Below, one piece after another: positions 50,041-61,076 of a DNA stretch of 64,000 bases. The position numbers were made by a program, and so were the translations under genes. Numbering within the stretch: the stretch's first letter is position 1; each line of letters starts with the position of its first letter. Below the pieces are notes generated by a model. It saw only the letters and a program-made list of their open reading frames with translations. It did not search any database and was not told where the DNA came from. This stretch comes from Candidatus Bathyarchaeota archaeon (GTDB taxonomy: Archaea > Thermoproteota > Bathyarchaeia > 40CM-2-53-6). The DNA lies in NCBI GenBank assembly GCA_963726255.1, contig CAVSBL010000002.1:1856001-1920000 (forward strand). Direction: 5' to 3'.

Positions 50041-50343
50041 GTTCATGTCAGCGGTTCGTTCACTGCAATATTGATCCCTGCTCGGAAATGGGACTCAGTC
50101 GGTCTCTGAGTCTCCTAGTTCGAACGTGAGGTACTGAGACCGTAACTCACGGTACGTCGCCCTCTAACCGAGTTGGCAAAGCGCCCTGATACGCGGGAAG
50201 TTCAGGCTGGGTAAGCCCAAGGTTACGCTAGAAATCACTTGGCGAGGCATTCATCTGGGAAGAGAAGTTAGAAGCCTAGGTCAGCCGCAACCTGTGCTTC
50301 AGGTTTATCTGCCCAGACGTTTTCTCTTAGGGTCTGCACGAAG

Positions 50344-51243
50344 TTGAGTGGCGGTAAGTTGGATCAAGCAACCTTTTCAGACATCGCGTTCGAGAGCGCG
50401 AGAGACGAGTATACTGACTTTGCTGTCTACAAGAGGCTGTCGGAACTTAAGTTCAAGAATCGTGAGTTTAGCAGCATACTTCGCCGGCTTGCAGGTATGG
50501 AATATCGGCACTATATTCTCTGGAAGAAATATTGCCCGGGAAGAAAGCCCACAATTAACAAGCTAACTGTTTACGTGATCGTTTTCGTCAGATTCATTTT
50601 GGGCCTAACCTTTGCCGTAAGATACCTTGAGCGGAATGAGAAGAATACCATCAAGAAATACCGGGAACTCGCACACATGATTCCCTCTAAGGACAAGAAG
50701 CAATACAACGAGATGATAGCTAACGAAGAAGAACATGAAATAAAGCTCTCAGACTTCAATGAACCCCAAGTCAAATACATTTCATTCATTGTTCTGGGCT
50801 TGGCTGATGCCTTGGTTGAAATCGCAGGCATCCATGCTGGCTCTCTAGGCATATACAATTCAACTGAGCTGGCAGGGTTGGCGGGAATAATTGCTGGAGC
50901 GGCAGCGTCAGTAGCGATGGCGTCGGCCGCGTACGCACAGGCCAAGACGGGCTTCAAGGGGTCTGCGACGCTTTCAGCCGTGTATACAGGAGTGTCTTAC
51001 TTCGTTACGGCAGTGATTTTGGCAACCCCATATTTCCTCACCAAGGTGATGGTTGACGCGTTAGGTGCCTCACTGTTCTTTGCAGTGTTGCTCATAGCCT
51101 TCAGTAGCTTCTACGGTGCCGTCATTTCCGGAGCTGACTTCAAGAGAGACTTCATTGAGATCACAAGCATAATGTTCGGTGCCACGGTTGCCCTATACCT
51201 GCTTGGAACAGCGATCAGGTATTTCACTGGAATAACCATCTAG
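50344..51243 (+). CDS. Ferritin/rubrerythrin-like domain fused to VIT1/CCC1 transporter
   Basis: RDE...Y..L, E..H pairs (EYRH, EEEHE); VLGLADALVE, SVAMASAAY. Confidence 0.85.
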   Translation: MSGGKLDQATFSDIAFESARDEYTDFAVYKRLSELKFKNREFSSILRRLAGMEYRHYILWKKYCPGRKPTINKLTVYVIVFVRFILGLTFAVRYLERNEKNTIKKYRELAHMIPSKDKKQYNEMIANEEEHEIKLSDFNEPQVKYISFIVLGLADALVEIAGIHAGSLGIYNSTELAGLAGIIAGAAASVAMASAAYAQAKTGFKGSATLSAVYTGVSYFVTAVILATPYFLTKVMVDALGASLFFAVLLIAFSSFYGAVISGADFKRDFIEITSIMFGATVALYLLGTAIRYFTGITI

Positions 51244-51583
51244 TCGCCGTATGATCTACGAACTGGGGTATGTTCATTAGATTCCGTTCGTATGTTATTG
51301 GTGCGGCTCATGCCGTGTGGTTCGCATGAATCAGGAATCACTTTCGGAAGGCCTGAATTCGGCCTGTGTCGGCCGGTAAACTTCCCTTTTTTCTTATCCA
51401 ACTCTCCTACGATTGACGCTGGCAGGAAATAATCATGGGCCAGAAGTTAGATGGTATACGACGAGTATGACTGAGAGGGTTACGATTCCGAATAGGAAAC
51501 CTATCAACAGCATGACAATCATCATGCCCCTTTGACCACCGATATTCCACCGTTGCATACCGAGCCACTCAGTAGAGCCAGTG

Positions 51584-53112
51584 TTAGTCCTTGATAAGGT
51601 CGGCCCAGACTTTTGCGGGCTTCCAGTTGTAAACGACCGTCTTTAGCCGAGTCATCTCTTCAATGCTGTAGCCGATGCCTTCCCTGCCGATGCCGGAGTC
51701 CTTGTTGCCGCCGAATGGGTAGTAACCCACCCCGTGCCGGGCGCGGCGTTTATGGTAACCTCACCCTCCTCTAATCGCTTGGCTACTTTTCTTGCGAGGT
51801 TGAGATCATTAGTGAAGACGCATGAATCCAACCCATACCTGGATTTGTTGGTGAGGTCGATGGCTTCATCAACACTCTTCACGTGGGCGATGGGGATTAC
51901 GGGGCCGAATGTTTCATCCCACATGACCCTCGCGTCCAGTGGAACGTAATCCAGAACCGTCGGCTGGTAGTAGTTCCCATCGTATTTCCCTCCTGTCAAA
52001 AGCTTGGCACCTTTACTGATCGCGTCCGTAACGAGACTATGAACTCTCTCTACCGCATCACGTTCAATCAACGGGCCAATCTTAACCGAAGGGTCACGGG
52101 GGTCGCCCACCTTGTACGACCCTACTATCTTGAGAACTCTCTCTACGAAACTGTCTCCGATTTCGTCCTCCACAAGAACCCGGCTTATAGCGTCGCAACG
52201 TTGACCACTGAAACTTAGCGACCCCTTCACAGTCTCACTTGCAGCGAGGTCTAGATCTGCGTCCTTCAGAACGATGGCGCAACCCTTTCCACCGAGCTCC
52301 ATATGCAGTCTCTTCAAGCCGGCCACACGGGCCAGAGCTCTTCCAACATCCGTGCTGCCTGTGAAAGTCAGCATGCTAATCTTATCGTGAGCCGCCATAT
52401 ACTGGCCGATCGGCCCTCGGCCGGTGATTACATTAAGCGTGCCCGGGGGTATGCCCGCGACTTCCAATAATCTGGCAAACATTAGGAAAGACAGCGGGTC
52501 TTTGCTGGAAGTCTTTACCACGACCGAATTGCCTGCTAAGAGTGCAGGTATGACCTTCGTGGAGGTTATGTAGAGAGGGTAGTTGAAAGGCGAAATTGCT
52601 AAAACAACTCCCAGCGGTTCCCTTAGGACATCCGCGGATGTACCCACAGTCTCCTCCGACCAGTCCCCCGGTATGTGTTCGCCACGAATCTTCCCGTACT
52701 CATCCGGCGTCAGCTTCAATCGCTCAGCTGTAGACTTGACCTCTCCCTCGGCATTGGAAATCGGTTTGCCAGCTTCGAGATTCAAGACACTGACGAAATT
52801 CTCCATGTTCTGGAGCAGTAATTCGCGTGCTTGCTGGAAGATTTCTATCTTTTTCACAGCTGGAATGGTTCTGATCGAGTTTCGGTTGATGAAGGACGAT
52901 TCGATCGCACGTTCGGCTTCACGTTCTGAAGCCGAGGGAACAGTTGCGACCACTGCACCATCAATGGGGCTCCGAACTTCGATCCTCTGGGCTAGGGTCA
53001 CCCACTGGCCATCCAAGAGCATTTTGAAATCCATCGAACCTGAATCTGAGATGGAATAAATCGGGTCGAAAACAGCTGCTAATTTGACTACCTTGCCCTT
53101 CATATCGATCAC
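51584..53112 (-). pseudogene. gapN: Non-phosphorylating NADP-glyceraldehyde-3-phosphate dehydrogenase (GAPN-type ALDH) with a 1-nt deletion at ~51740 (or sequencing error)
   Basis: GEHIPGDW, SPFNYP, FTGS, ELGGK, SGQRC, ETFGP; the shifted frame restores [30 protein letters not shown] to TAA 51584. Confidence 0.8.
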
Positions 53113-53125
53113 GAACTTCTCCTTC

Positions 53126-53515
53126 TTAGTCTAGGATGGCTTCTGCCTCTATTTCCACAAGCATATCGGGGTTGACGAAGCCTTTCACTTCGACCATGGA
53201 TGTGGTCGGTCGTATTTCTCTGAAGAATGCACCGTGCGCCTTGCCAACCTCTTCCCAGCGGTTAATGTCGGTAATGTAGATTCTTGTGCGGACCACGTCT
53301 TCGAGTTTCGCACCTACTGATTCCAAAGCCTTCTGAATGTTCTTCAAGGCCTGAACAGTTTGTGTTCCCGCCTCTCCGATTCCAACAATGTTTCCTTGCG
53401 AGTCAGTTGCAGTTGTCCCCGAAACGTGAACGATATTTCCGACTCTCACAACCCTTGAGTAACCAACTATTGGCTCCCACTTTGTACCAGACGAGATCTT
53501 CATGCGAGAGGTCAA
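53126..53515 (-). CDS. RidA/YjgF family protein
   Basis: [38 protein letters not shown]. Confidence 0.92.
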   Translation of the reverse strand: MTSRMKISSGTKWEPIVGYSRVVRVGNIVHVSGTTATDSQGNIVGIGEAGTQTVQALKNIQKALESVGAKLEDVVRTRIYITDINRWEEVGKAHGAFFREIRPTTSMVEVKGFVNPDMLVEIEAEAILD

Positions 53516-53577
53516 ACTTACGCACTCGAGACTCTGAAGGGGGGCCCGTTCTATTAAGGAAGGTCTAAGCCAGGTGG

Positions 53578-54462
53578 CTACGTCTTTTCTGCGCGGACAA
53601 AAATCATCTTCCAGTCAAAAAGAAAACGCTCGCCACGAACAAACTGTCTCAATTCGTCCTTGAGCGCACGCCGAAATTCTTGCCGGCTTTTCGCGGAGAG
53701 TTCCTTAAGTTCCTGTTTGAGAGTGGCCCTCTTCAGCCGCATATCCAGGTACCCCTGAATACCGCGCAATGCAATCCTGTAACTGCGGTTTTTGACCTCA
53801 ATCTTCTTGAAACCCATCATTCTTAGGTGGCGTATCTGTTCACCCAGGTTCATTTCGTGATTTCCGAACCGCTCCAAGGTTGCAAGGGCTGTTCTCTGAA
53901 GGCGCAACTCTGCCGAAGGATTCTGCGTGCGATGCTGATGCAAGATTTCGCCAAATATTCTGTGCGCTGACACATCTCTTAGACGCCAATCACTGTATAC
54001 GAGAGTGCCCCCTCCCCTGAGCACCCGAAAGACTTCACAAATTGTCTGACGGAATCCCACGGGAGAAATTCCGCAGTTTGAGACTACCACATCGAACATT
54101 TGGTCTGGAAGTAGTAGCCGCTGCGAACCCATCAAAATGAAACGTACGTTCTTGAGCCTCTTCGCCTCAGGGTTTGCCTTTGCAGGAGTCAACATCGATT
54201 CCAAACGATCAATCCCGAAAACGAATCCGTCTGGTTTGGTTCTTCCAGCCGCCTCAAGGGCAGCTACGCCAGTACCAGTTCCAATATCCAGAACGATTTG
54301 ACCAGGAGAAATTCTTGCATCCAGAACGAGGTCTTTTGCGAACTTTCGGAATGTTGGAGCCCAGTGCGCCTCCCAAACCTTAACATCCTCCGCCCAAAGT
54401 TTCTGGACGACTTGGTCCGCCTGTTCTAAACTCATGCTCGACAGGGTCATACGTGCGCACAA
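53578..54462 (-). CDS. Class I SAM-dependent methyltransferase
   Basis: [23 protein letters not shown]. Confidence 0.88.
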   Translation of the reverse strand: MCARMTLSSMSLEQADQVVQKLWAEDVKVWEAHWAPTFRKFAKDLVLDARISPGQIVLDIGTGTGVAALEAAGRTKPDGFVFGIDRLESMLTPAKANPEAKRLKNVRFILMGSQRLLLPDQMFDVVVSNCGISPVGFRQTICEVFRVLRGGGTLVYSDWRLRDVSAHRIFGEILHQHRTQNPSAELRLQRTALATLERFGNHEMNLGEQIRHLRMMGFKKIEVKNRSYRIALRGIQGYLDMRLKRATLKQELKELSAKSRQEFRRALKDELRQFVRGERFLFDWKMIFVRAEKT

Positions 54463-54612
54463 CGGTTCCGTGCTGTGAAGTTCTTCCCTTAACGTTTATC
54501 GAAATCGCGCAGAGAAGGCATGTGGCCTGACTCAGATAACCTCTAAGAAAAAGGGAGGGGAGGGGTCGTCGACCGCTGATTTAGATTAGGTTGTAGCGGT
54601 AGGCTACGAAGT

Positions 54613-55092
54613 CTATGGCCATAGCGCCCCGTACTCGCCGCTAAAGTCGCTGTGAATATTCATGTAGGTACCTTGTTGTGTTTCAGACGTATCTTGACCG
54701 AACAAGACGAAGTAGCCGTTTCGCCCGTCGGGCGCTGTCGCGGGCCCTTGGTATACAGATGTGTGGGTGTCGGGATTGTAGTCACCTCGCCATTGCCCGA
54801 TATCGATCAGGTATGGTTTGTCCCTGACCTGGAAAGTGCCGGATACGACCTTGAAGACGATGTTGTGCGGGCCTACGAAAGTCACCTGTACTTGGAGCTG
54901 TAAGTTTGCGGGGCCTGTTATCAGCCTCCCATTGATCCAGGCCTGTGCCTCCCCACGTATGGTCGTCACCATGTACTGGTCTCCGACCATTACGTTGCCA
55001 CCCGCAACGAGTGGGTCGGCAAAGGCTAAAGTCGCGGACAAGCTCAACACGATTACGCCTAGTATGATGGGTAGCAAATGTTTCATGTGCAT
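54613..55092 (-). CDS. Secreted beta-rich hypothetical protein
   Basis: Signal peptide MHMKHLLPIILG..AFA; C-terminus possibly frameshifted. Confidence 0.6.
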   Translation of the reverse strand: MHMKHLLPIILGVIVLSLSATLAFADPLVAGGNVMVGDQYMVTTIRGEAQAWINGRLITGPANLQLQVQVTFVGPHNIVFKVVSGTFQVRDKPYLIDIGQWRGDYNPDTHTSVYQGPATAPDGRNGYFVLFGQDTSETQQGTYMNIHSDFSGEYGALWP

Positions 55093-55166
55093 TTCTTCAT
55101 CACCGGCCGCTCGTTGGGTTAGTTGATTTAAGGCGGTTCGGAAGGAATCATCTGGATGAATCATCA

Positions 55167-56810
55167 ATGGCCCCCAAGTCGCTAGAAAGGCCGTGGCTAA
55201 GCAGCTGGCCCAAGAATGTACCACAATCAATTGATTATCCGAAAATCTCGTTGGGAGAAATTCTTCGAGTAGCAGCTAAATCGCAGGGAAAGCCTGCGGT
55301 GCACCACGGAGGTCGCGAGATTACTTACGGGGAGCTTGATGAGCTGGCCGATCGCTTCGGCGCGGCCCTTCAAGACCTAGGAGTTAAGAAAGGTGACCGA
55401 GTTGCAATTTACCTACCAAATCTTCCTCAGTTTGTGTTTGCCTATTACGGCGCGCTGCGCGTTGGCGCAATTGTGGTCACAGCGAGCCCTCTCTACAAGG
55501 AAAGGGAACTTGCCCATATCCTGATAGACTCAGGCGCGAAGGTTCTCCTGTGTTTGGACAAACTCTACCCATATGTTGAGTCGGTGAGAGAGAAGGCCCC
55601 GCTCAGCCACGTCTACACAACAAGTGCGACTGACTACCTCCCTAATCCTGCTACGTCGTCCCCTCCAGCGGACGCGGAGAATCTTCGCACGTCTCTCGCA
55701 GGTTACAATGGTCACCCGAAAACGGTGGAGATTGACCCAAGAAGAGACCTCGCGCTTCTCCAATACACCGGGGGCACAACAGGTTTACCGAAAGGCGCGA
55801 TGCTAACCCACTACAATCTTGTAGTTAACGCCGTGCAATTCTCTTCGTGGCTCGGGATGATTCCCAGCGTCGAAGTGCACTTGTCAGTTTTACCGTTCTT
55901 TCACATATACGGGATGACCGTGGCCCTGAATGTCCCGGTTTACACATCATCTGCAATGATTCTCATCCCAGACGGTCGGGACATTGCGGCCATCCTTCAA
56001 GCCGTCGACACGTACAAGCCCACGATTTTTTGCGGAGTACCGGCGATGTACATTGCCCTAATCGACCAGCCAGACATAATGCAACATGACCTACGTTCAA
56101 TTCGCGTTTGTGTTTCAGGGGCTTCACCGCTCCCCGTTCGGGTCCAAAGGGACTTCGAGGAATTGACAGGTGGGAGGCTCGTCGAAGGTTATGGGTTAAC
56201 TGAAACAAGTCCCGTCACGCACGTCAACCCCTTGGATGAACCAGGCAAGAACCGGTCCGGATCAATCGGCATCCCGATCTCGGACACGGAAGCGAAGATT
56301 GTTGATTTGGATAAAGGTGTGAACGAACTGCCTCCAGGGACGGCTGGAGAGTTAATCATTCGGGGGCCGCAGCTTATGATGGGTTACTGGAACAACCCAG
56401 AAGAAGCCGAGATGGTGCTTAGGGACGGTTGGTTCTACACCGGCGATATTGCGTTAATGGACTCTGACGGTTACTTCCATATCGTAGACCGGAAGAAGGA
56501 TGTGATTAACGTTTCTGGTTTGAAGGTGTGGCCTGGGGAGGTTGAAGAGGTTCTCTACGAACATCCTGCCATTAAAGAAGCGACAGCGGTCGCTGTGGCT
56601 GACCGGAAGAGCGGCGAAGCCGTAAAGGCGGTTGTGGTGTTGAGGGAGGAATTCAAAGGAAAAATTGCGGCTGCAGATCTTATTGAGTTCTGCAGGGATA
56701 GAATCGCCGTCTACAAGGCTCCTAGGATAATTGAGTTCAGAGACTCTCTACCCAAGAGCTCCGTTGGCAAAATTCTGAGAAGAGAGCTTAGAGCCAAGTC
56801 ATCGCAGTAG
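55167..56810 (+). CDS. Long-chain fatty acid-CoA ligase
   Basis: QYTGGTTGLPKG, PFFHIYG, EGYGLTE, TGD, DRKKD, LPKSSVGKILRR. Confidence 0.92.
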   Translation: MAPKSLERPWLSSWPKNVPQSIDYPKISLGEILRVAAKSQGKPAVHHGGREITYGELDELADRFGAALQDLGVKKGDRVAIYLPNLPQFVFAYYGALRVGAIVVTASPLYKERELAHILIDSGAKVLLCLDKLYPYVESVREKAPLSHVYTTSATDYLPNPATSSPPADAENLRTSLAGYNGHPKTVEIDPRRDLALLQYTGGTTGLPKGAMLTHYNLVVNAVQFSSWLGMIPSVEVHLSVLPFFHIYGMTVALNVPVYTSSAMILIPDGRDIAAILQAVDTYKPTIFCGVPAMYIALIDQPDIMQHDLRSIRVCVSGASPLPVRVQRDFEELTGGRLVEGYGLTETSPVTHVNPLDEPGKNRSGSIGIPISDTEAKIVDLDKGVNELPPGTAGELIIRGPQLMMGYWNNPEEAEMVLRDGWFYTGDIALMDSDGYFHIVDRKKDVINVSGLKVWPGEVEEVLYEHPAIKEATAVAVADRKSGEAVKAVVVLREEFKGKIAAADLIEFCRDRIAVYKAPRIIEFRDSLPKSSVGKILRRELRAKSSQ

Positions 56811-56881
56811 TCCAGAACGTGGAATTTGAACTAAACAGTTAAGAATTCGCAAAGTTCGGAAGCCACATCGCAATTGAGACG

Positions 56882-58858
56882 GTGTATGTATTGGCGCTTC
56901 GCGAAATTCTCCCGACTACTACAATGATATTTCCTGAGACTCGGAATAACCTAAAGACTCTGAGGGACCTTCACAAGAAAAGCCTCCAAGATCCCGATTC
57001 TTTCTGGCGCAAAGCCGCCGAGGAACTCTTCTGGTATCAGAAGGCCGGACCGGCATTTGAAAGGATGGACCAGCCCCCCTACGGGAGATGGTTCCCCGAA
57101 TGGAAGACTAACCTCTCTTACAACGCCTTGGACAGACAAGTGGCCGGCTCGAGAAAGAAGAAGGTAGCCTACTACTGGGAGGGTGAGAATGGCGATAAAC
57201 GAACTCTAACCTACAATGACCTATACGAGGAAGTGAACAAGCTCGCTTCGGCGCTGAAGAAACTTGGAGTCAAGAAAGGTGACAGGATTACACTCTATCT
57301 TCCTATGATCCCCGAACTTCCTATCAGTATGTTAGCTGTCACCCGGCTCGGCGCACTGCACACCGTAATCTTCGCTGGTTTCACAGCCCAATCAATCGCC
57401 ACCAGAATGACGGATTCTAAATCGAAAATTGTGATTACTTCAGACGGTGCTTATAGGAAAGGGAAAACGCTCGACCTGAAGTCCATCGTTGATGAAGCGA
57501 TCAAACTATCGGGCGGGATTGAGAAAGTCATCGTCGTAAAGAGGGCGAACAATCAGGTACCGATGGTTAGCGGGCGCGATTTATGGTACCACGACCTACT
57601 TGCTTCCGCGGATAAATTCGTTGAGCCCGAACCTGTCGAAGGCACTCACCCAAGCTTCATTTTGTATACTTCAGGAACCACAGGCAAGCCGAAGGGCTGT
57701 ACCCACAGCACTGGTGGCTATATGGTGTGGGCCGACTATACGCAGAAGGCAGTCTTCGACTCAAAAGATGATGATATCTTCTGGTGCACTGCTGACATTG
57801 GTTGGATAACGGGGCACACGTATATCGTCTACGGCCCACTGATAGCAGGCCTTACTTCTGTGATGTATGAAGGGGCTCCTGATTACCCTCAGCCCGACCG
57901 TTGGTGGGACCTAGTCGAAAAATATCGGGTCACAATCATTTACACGAGCCCCACCGCGATTAGAATGCACATGAAGTTTGGGGAAAAATGGGCCCAAGCA
58001 CACAAGCTAGATTCACTTAGACTGCTAGGTACGGTCGGGGAACCAATCAACCCTGAAGCATGGAGATGGTACTTCAAGAACATAGGCCGCGAAAAATGCC
58101 AAATCGTAGACACATGGTGGCAAACGGAGACAGGGGGAATCCTAATCAGCGCTCAGCCGGGGATCGCCCCAATCCCACTAAAAGCAGGATCAGCTTCACT
58201 ACCAATTGCAGGAGTCGACGCTGACGTCTTCAGTGAATCAGGCGAAGCCGTCAAGGTTGGCGAGAAGGGGTACATGGTGATAAAGAAACCGTGGCCAGGC
58301 CAATTCACAACATTATGGAACGACCCTGAGAAATTCAAGCAGGTATACTTCACAAGGTTCCCAGGAATCTACAATGCTGGCGACTACGCGCTCAAGGATG
58401 ATGACGGTTACTTCTGGCTACTGGGCCGGGCGGACGAGGTGTTGAAAGTCGCAGGGCACAGAATCGGCACCATCGAATTAGAAGACAGCCTCATCTCACA
58501 CCCAGCGGTCGCGGAATCAGCCGTCATCGGAAAATCGGACCCAATCAAAATGGAAGTGCCCGTCGCCTTCGTCGTTCTCAAGCCCGGCTTCGCACCAACA
58601 CCAGAACTCAAGAAGGAATTGTCAAACCACGTGAGAACAACCATCGGCCCAATAGCCGTGCCGGAAGCAATCTACTTCGTCGCCAAACTCCCCAAAACTC
58701 GCAGCGCTAAAATCATGAGACGGGTCGTGCGAGCCGTCGTCGAAGGTAAACCAATCGGAGATGTCACAACGCTCGAAGACGAGACAAGCGTCGAGGAAAT
58801 GAAAAGCGCATACAGCGAACTACAAGCCGAAATGGCAAGAACCGCGTCATCGAAATGA
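56882..58858 (+). CDS. acsA: Acetyl-CoA synthetase (AMP-forming), copy 2
   Basis: YTSGTTGKPKG, ADIGWITGH, DTWWQTETGG, LPKTRSAKIMRR. Confidence 0.93.
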   Translation: MYVLALREILPTTTMIFPETRNNLKTLRDLHKKSLQDPDSFWRKAAEELFWYQKAGPAFERMDQPPYGRWFPEWKTNLSYNALDRQVAGSRKKKVAYYWEGENGDKRTLTYNDLYEEVNKLASALKKLGVKKGDRITLYLPMIPELPISMLAVTRLGALHTVIFAGFTAQSIATRMTDSKSKIVITSDGAYRKGKTLDLKSIVDEAIKLSGGIEKVIVVKRANNQVPMVSGRDLWYHDLLASADKFVEPEPVEGTHPSFILYTSGTTGKPKGCTHSTGGYMVWADYTQKAVFDSKDDDIFWCTADIGWITGHTYIVYGPLIAGLTSVMYEGAPDYPQPDRWWDLVEKYRVTIIYTSPTAIRMHMKFGEKWAQAHKLDSLRLLGTVGEPINPEAWRWYFKNIGREKCQIVDTWWQTETGGILISAQPGIAPIPLKAGSASLPIAGVDADVFSESGEAVKVGEKGYMVIKKPWPGQFTTLWNDPEKFKQVYFTRFPGIYNAGDYALKDDDGYFWLLGRADEVLKVAGHRIGTIELEDSLISHPAVAESAVIGKSDPIKMEVPVAFVVLKPGFAPTPELKKELSNHVRTTIGPIAVPEAIYFVAKLPKTRSAKIMRRVVRAVVEGKPIGDVTTLEDETSVEEMKSAYSELQAEMARTASSK

Positions 58859-58873
58859 ATGAGGTAATCTGAA

Positions 58874-59446
58874 ATGAGTTCGAAACCGTCGCCACTTGCG
58901 AACCCAGCTCCCCTCGGCTTGATGGGTTTTGGAATGACCACAGTCCTACTCAACCTTCACAACATGGGCCTCTTCGGAATCAACAGCATAGTTGTTGCAA
59001 TGGGGATTTTCTACGGCGGTCTTGCGCAAATCATCGCTGGGGCTATGGAGTTCCGGAAGGGAAACACATTCGGAACCTTAGCCTTCACCTCGTATGGGCT
59101 TTTCTGGCTAACGCTTGTCTTCATAATCATGTCCGGTGTTGAGCGTCCAATGTTTGCGCCTGACAGCGCAGCGTGGGCGGCCTATCTGTTCATATGGGGG
59201 CTCTTCACCGCAATCATGTTCTTCGGAACCCTCAAAACCAATAGAGGCCTTCAAACGGTGTTTCTGTCACTTGCAATACTGTTCTTCCTACTCGCCGCAG
59301 CGCAATTACTCCCTCAGCTTGGACTAGTCGCTGGAATAGAAGGAGTCTTCTGCGGTTTCAGCGCATTCTACCTCTCGCTCGCAGAGGTGCTAAACGAAAC
59401 CTACCATCGTCCCGTGCTACCTGTCGGCCCTATCAAAAACGACTAG
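58874..59446 (+). CDS. satP: Acetate uptake channel (GPR1/FUN34/YaaH, SatP family)
   Basis: [35 protein letters not shown]. Confidence 0.92.
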   Translation: MSSKPSPLANPAPLGLMGFGMTTVLLNLHNMGLFGINSIVVAMGIFYGGLAQIIAGAMEFRKGNTFGTLAFTSYGLFWLTLVFIIMSGVERPMFAPDSAAWAAYLFIWGLFTAIMFFGTLKTNRGLQTVFLSLAILFFLLAAAQLLPQLGLVAGIEGVFCGFSAFYLSLAEVLNETYHRPVLPVGPIKND

Positions 59447-59711
59447 CTCATCGTGCTCAGACTGTAGACACCTGTGAATTCCACGCGTCTTTACTTATCG
59501 CGCTCGGGTGTATGACACCAATTCAATGAATGTGTATGCTCGCCAACACGTCCGCTTCGATAGGGCATGTCTACAGAGTCAGTTCTGCGATTCGGAACGC
59601 CGTCAACTGATAATGATTGGCAGGGACATATGTAGAAGTATATGCTGAATGTGCGGTCTAATTAAATCACGAACATTCTATGTAGCTTCCTTACCTAGGA
59701 GATGAACGAGT

Positions 59712-61061
59712 CTGCAGACGCTTACGAAAGAGCAGCTTCTTGAAAAGGCCAAGAAACCCGCACTCGACGCGATGAAACTCCACCCCTTTTACCACGGAAA
59801 AATGGAGATTGTACCAAAATGTTGTATTCGTGATTTCAATGACTTCGCAATCTGGTACACGCCAGGGGTGGCTGAGCCTTGCAAGGCAATTCAGAAGGAC
59901 GAGAGGCTTGTTTACGATTATACGAACAAGTGGAATATGGTCGCAATTGTTACTGATGGGACGCGCGTCCTAGGCCTTGGAGACATAGGTCCGAAGGCCG
60001 GACTTCCAGTCATGGAAGGAAAGTCGATTCTCTTTAAGTACATGGGGGGTGTCGACGCTGTTCCAATCTGCTTGGGAACGAAGGACCCTGACGAGATCAT
60101 AACGGCCGTGAAATGGCTTCAGCCATCTTTCGGCGGTGTCAACCTAGAAGACATTTCGCAACCAAAATGTTTTCGCATACTCGATACGCTCAGAAGCACA
60201 GCTGAAATTCCAGTTTGGCACGATGACCAGCAAGGAACCGCGACGATTGTTCTAGCTGGCTTGATCAACGCCCTCGAATTAGTCGGGAAGAAAGCCAAAG
60301 ATGTGACGCTTACTATGGTCGGTTCTGGCGCATCCAACGTTGCGTGTAGTAGGCTGATGTTTGCGTACGGCATCAAACCGGAGAACACCATCGTTGTCGA
60401 CACGAAAGGCACCCTCAACCAGGACAGGCAGGATATTGCGATGCGTAAGGCCGAGTTTGTCGACAAGTGGCGGCTTTGCCAGACCACGAATAAAGAACAA
60501 CGGAAAGGTGGGATACCCGAAGCCATGAAAGGTTCCGATGTCTGCATAGCCCTATCCAAACCCGGGCCGGACACAATTAAGAAAGAATGGGTTGCATCAA
60601 TGGCGAATGACTCCATCATCTTCGCATGCGCTAACCCCATCCCCGAGATCTGGCCATGGGAAGCCAGAGAGGCCGGGGCTCGGGTAATCGCAACCGGCAG
60701 ATCCGACTTTCCTAATCAAGTCAACAATTCACTTGGCTTTCCAGGAATCTTCCGCGGCGCTCTTGACGTTCGGGCTAGGACCATCACAGACGAGATGTGC
60801 ATCGCGGCAGCTAACGAACTTGCAAAATGCGCGCGTGAGAAAGGCCTTAGCGAAGACTACATTGCTCCAACGATGGATGAGTGGGAGGTTTACCCGAGGG
60901 AAGCTGTGGCAGTCGCACTTAAGGCGCAAGAAGTCGGGGTAGCTGGCCTGAAGCTGACAAGAACGCAATTACTCGAACAAGCCACGTCGATTATCAAGAG
61001 GTCAAGGGACATGACACAGACTGCCATGAAACTCGGCTACATACCGAAGGCGCCGGAATAG
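59712..61061 (+). CDS. NAD(P)-dependent malic enzyme (probable CTG start 59712)
   Basis: YTPGVA, DGTRVLGLG, VMEGK, NLEDI, HDDQQGT, ANP.PEI, TGRSDFPNQVNN; in-frame N-extension TKEQLLEKAKKP. Confidence 0.92.
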   Translation: MQTLTKEQLLEKAKKPALDAMKLHPFYHGKMEIVPKCCIRDFNDFAIWYTPGVAEPCKAIQKDERLVYDYTNKWNMVAIVTDGTRVLGLGDIGPKAGLPVMEGKSILFKYMGGVDAVPICLGTKDPDEIITAVKWLQPSFGGVNLEDISQPKCFRILDTLRSTAEIPVWHDDQQGTATIVLAGLINALELVGKKAKDVTLTMVGSGASNVACSRLMFAYGIKPENTIVVDTKGTLNQDRQDIAMRKAEFVDKWRLCQTTNKEQRKGGIPEAMKGSDVCIALSKPGPDTIKKEWVASMANDSIIFACANPIPEIWPWEAREAGARVIATGRSDFPNQVNNSLGFPGIFRGALDVRARTITDEMCIAAANELAKCAREKGLSEDYIAPTMDEWEVYPREAVAVALKAQEVGVAGLKLTRTQLLEQATSIIKRSRDMTQTAMKLGYIPKAPE

Positions 61062-61076
61062 TGGAGGCGAATTGAT

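Noticed and set aside
50041-50343. SRP RNA or RNase P RNA (kissing hairpins resemble an Alu domain)
   Set aside because: No helix-8 CAGG-stem-GNRA-stem-AGCA motif and no RNase P GAGGAAAGUCC-type core found by eye
59461-59580. MITE bounded by CTGTAGACA/TGTCTACAG inverted repeats
   Set aside because: Only 9 bp perfect, no target-site duplication or second copy seen
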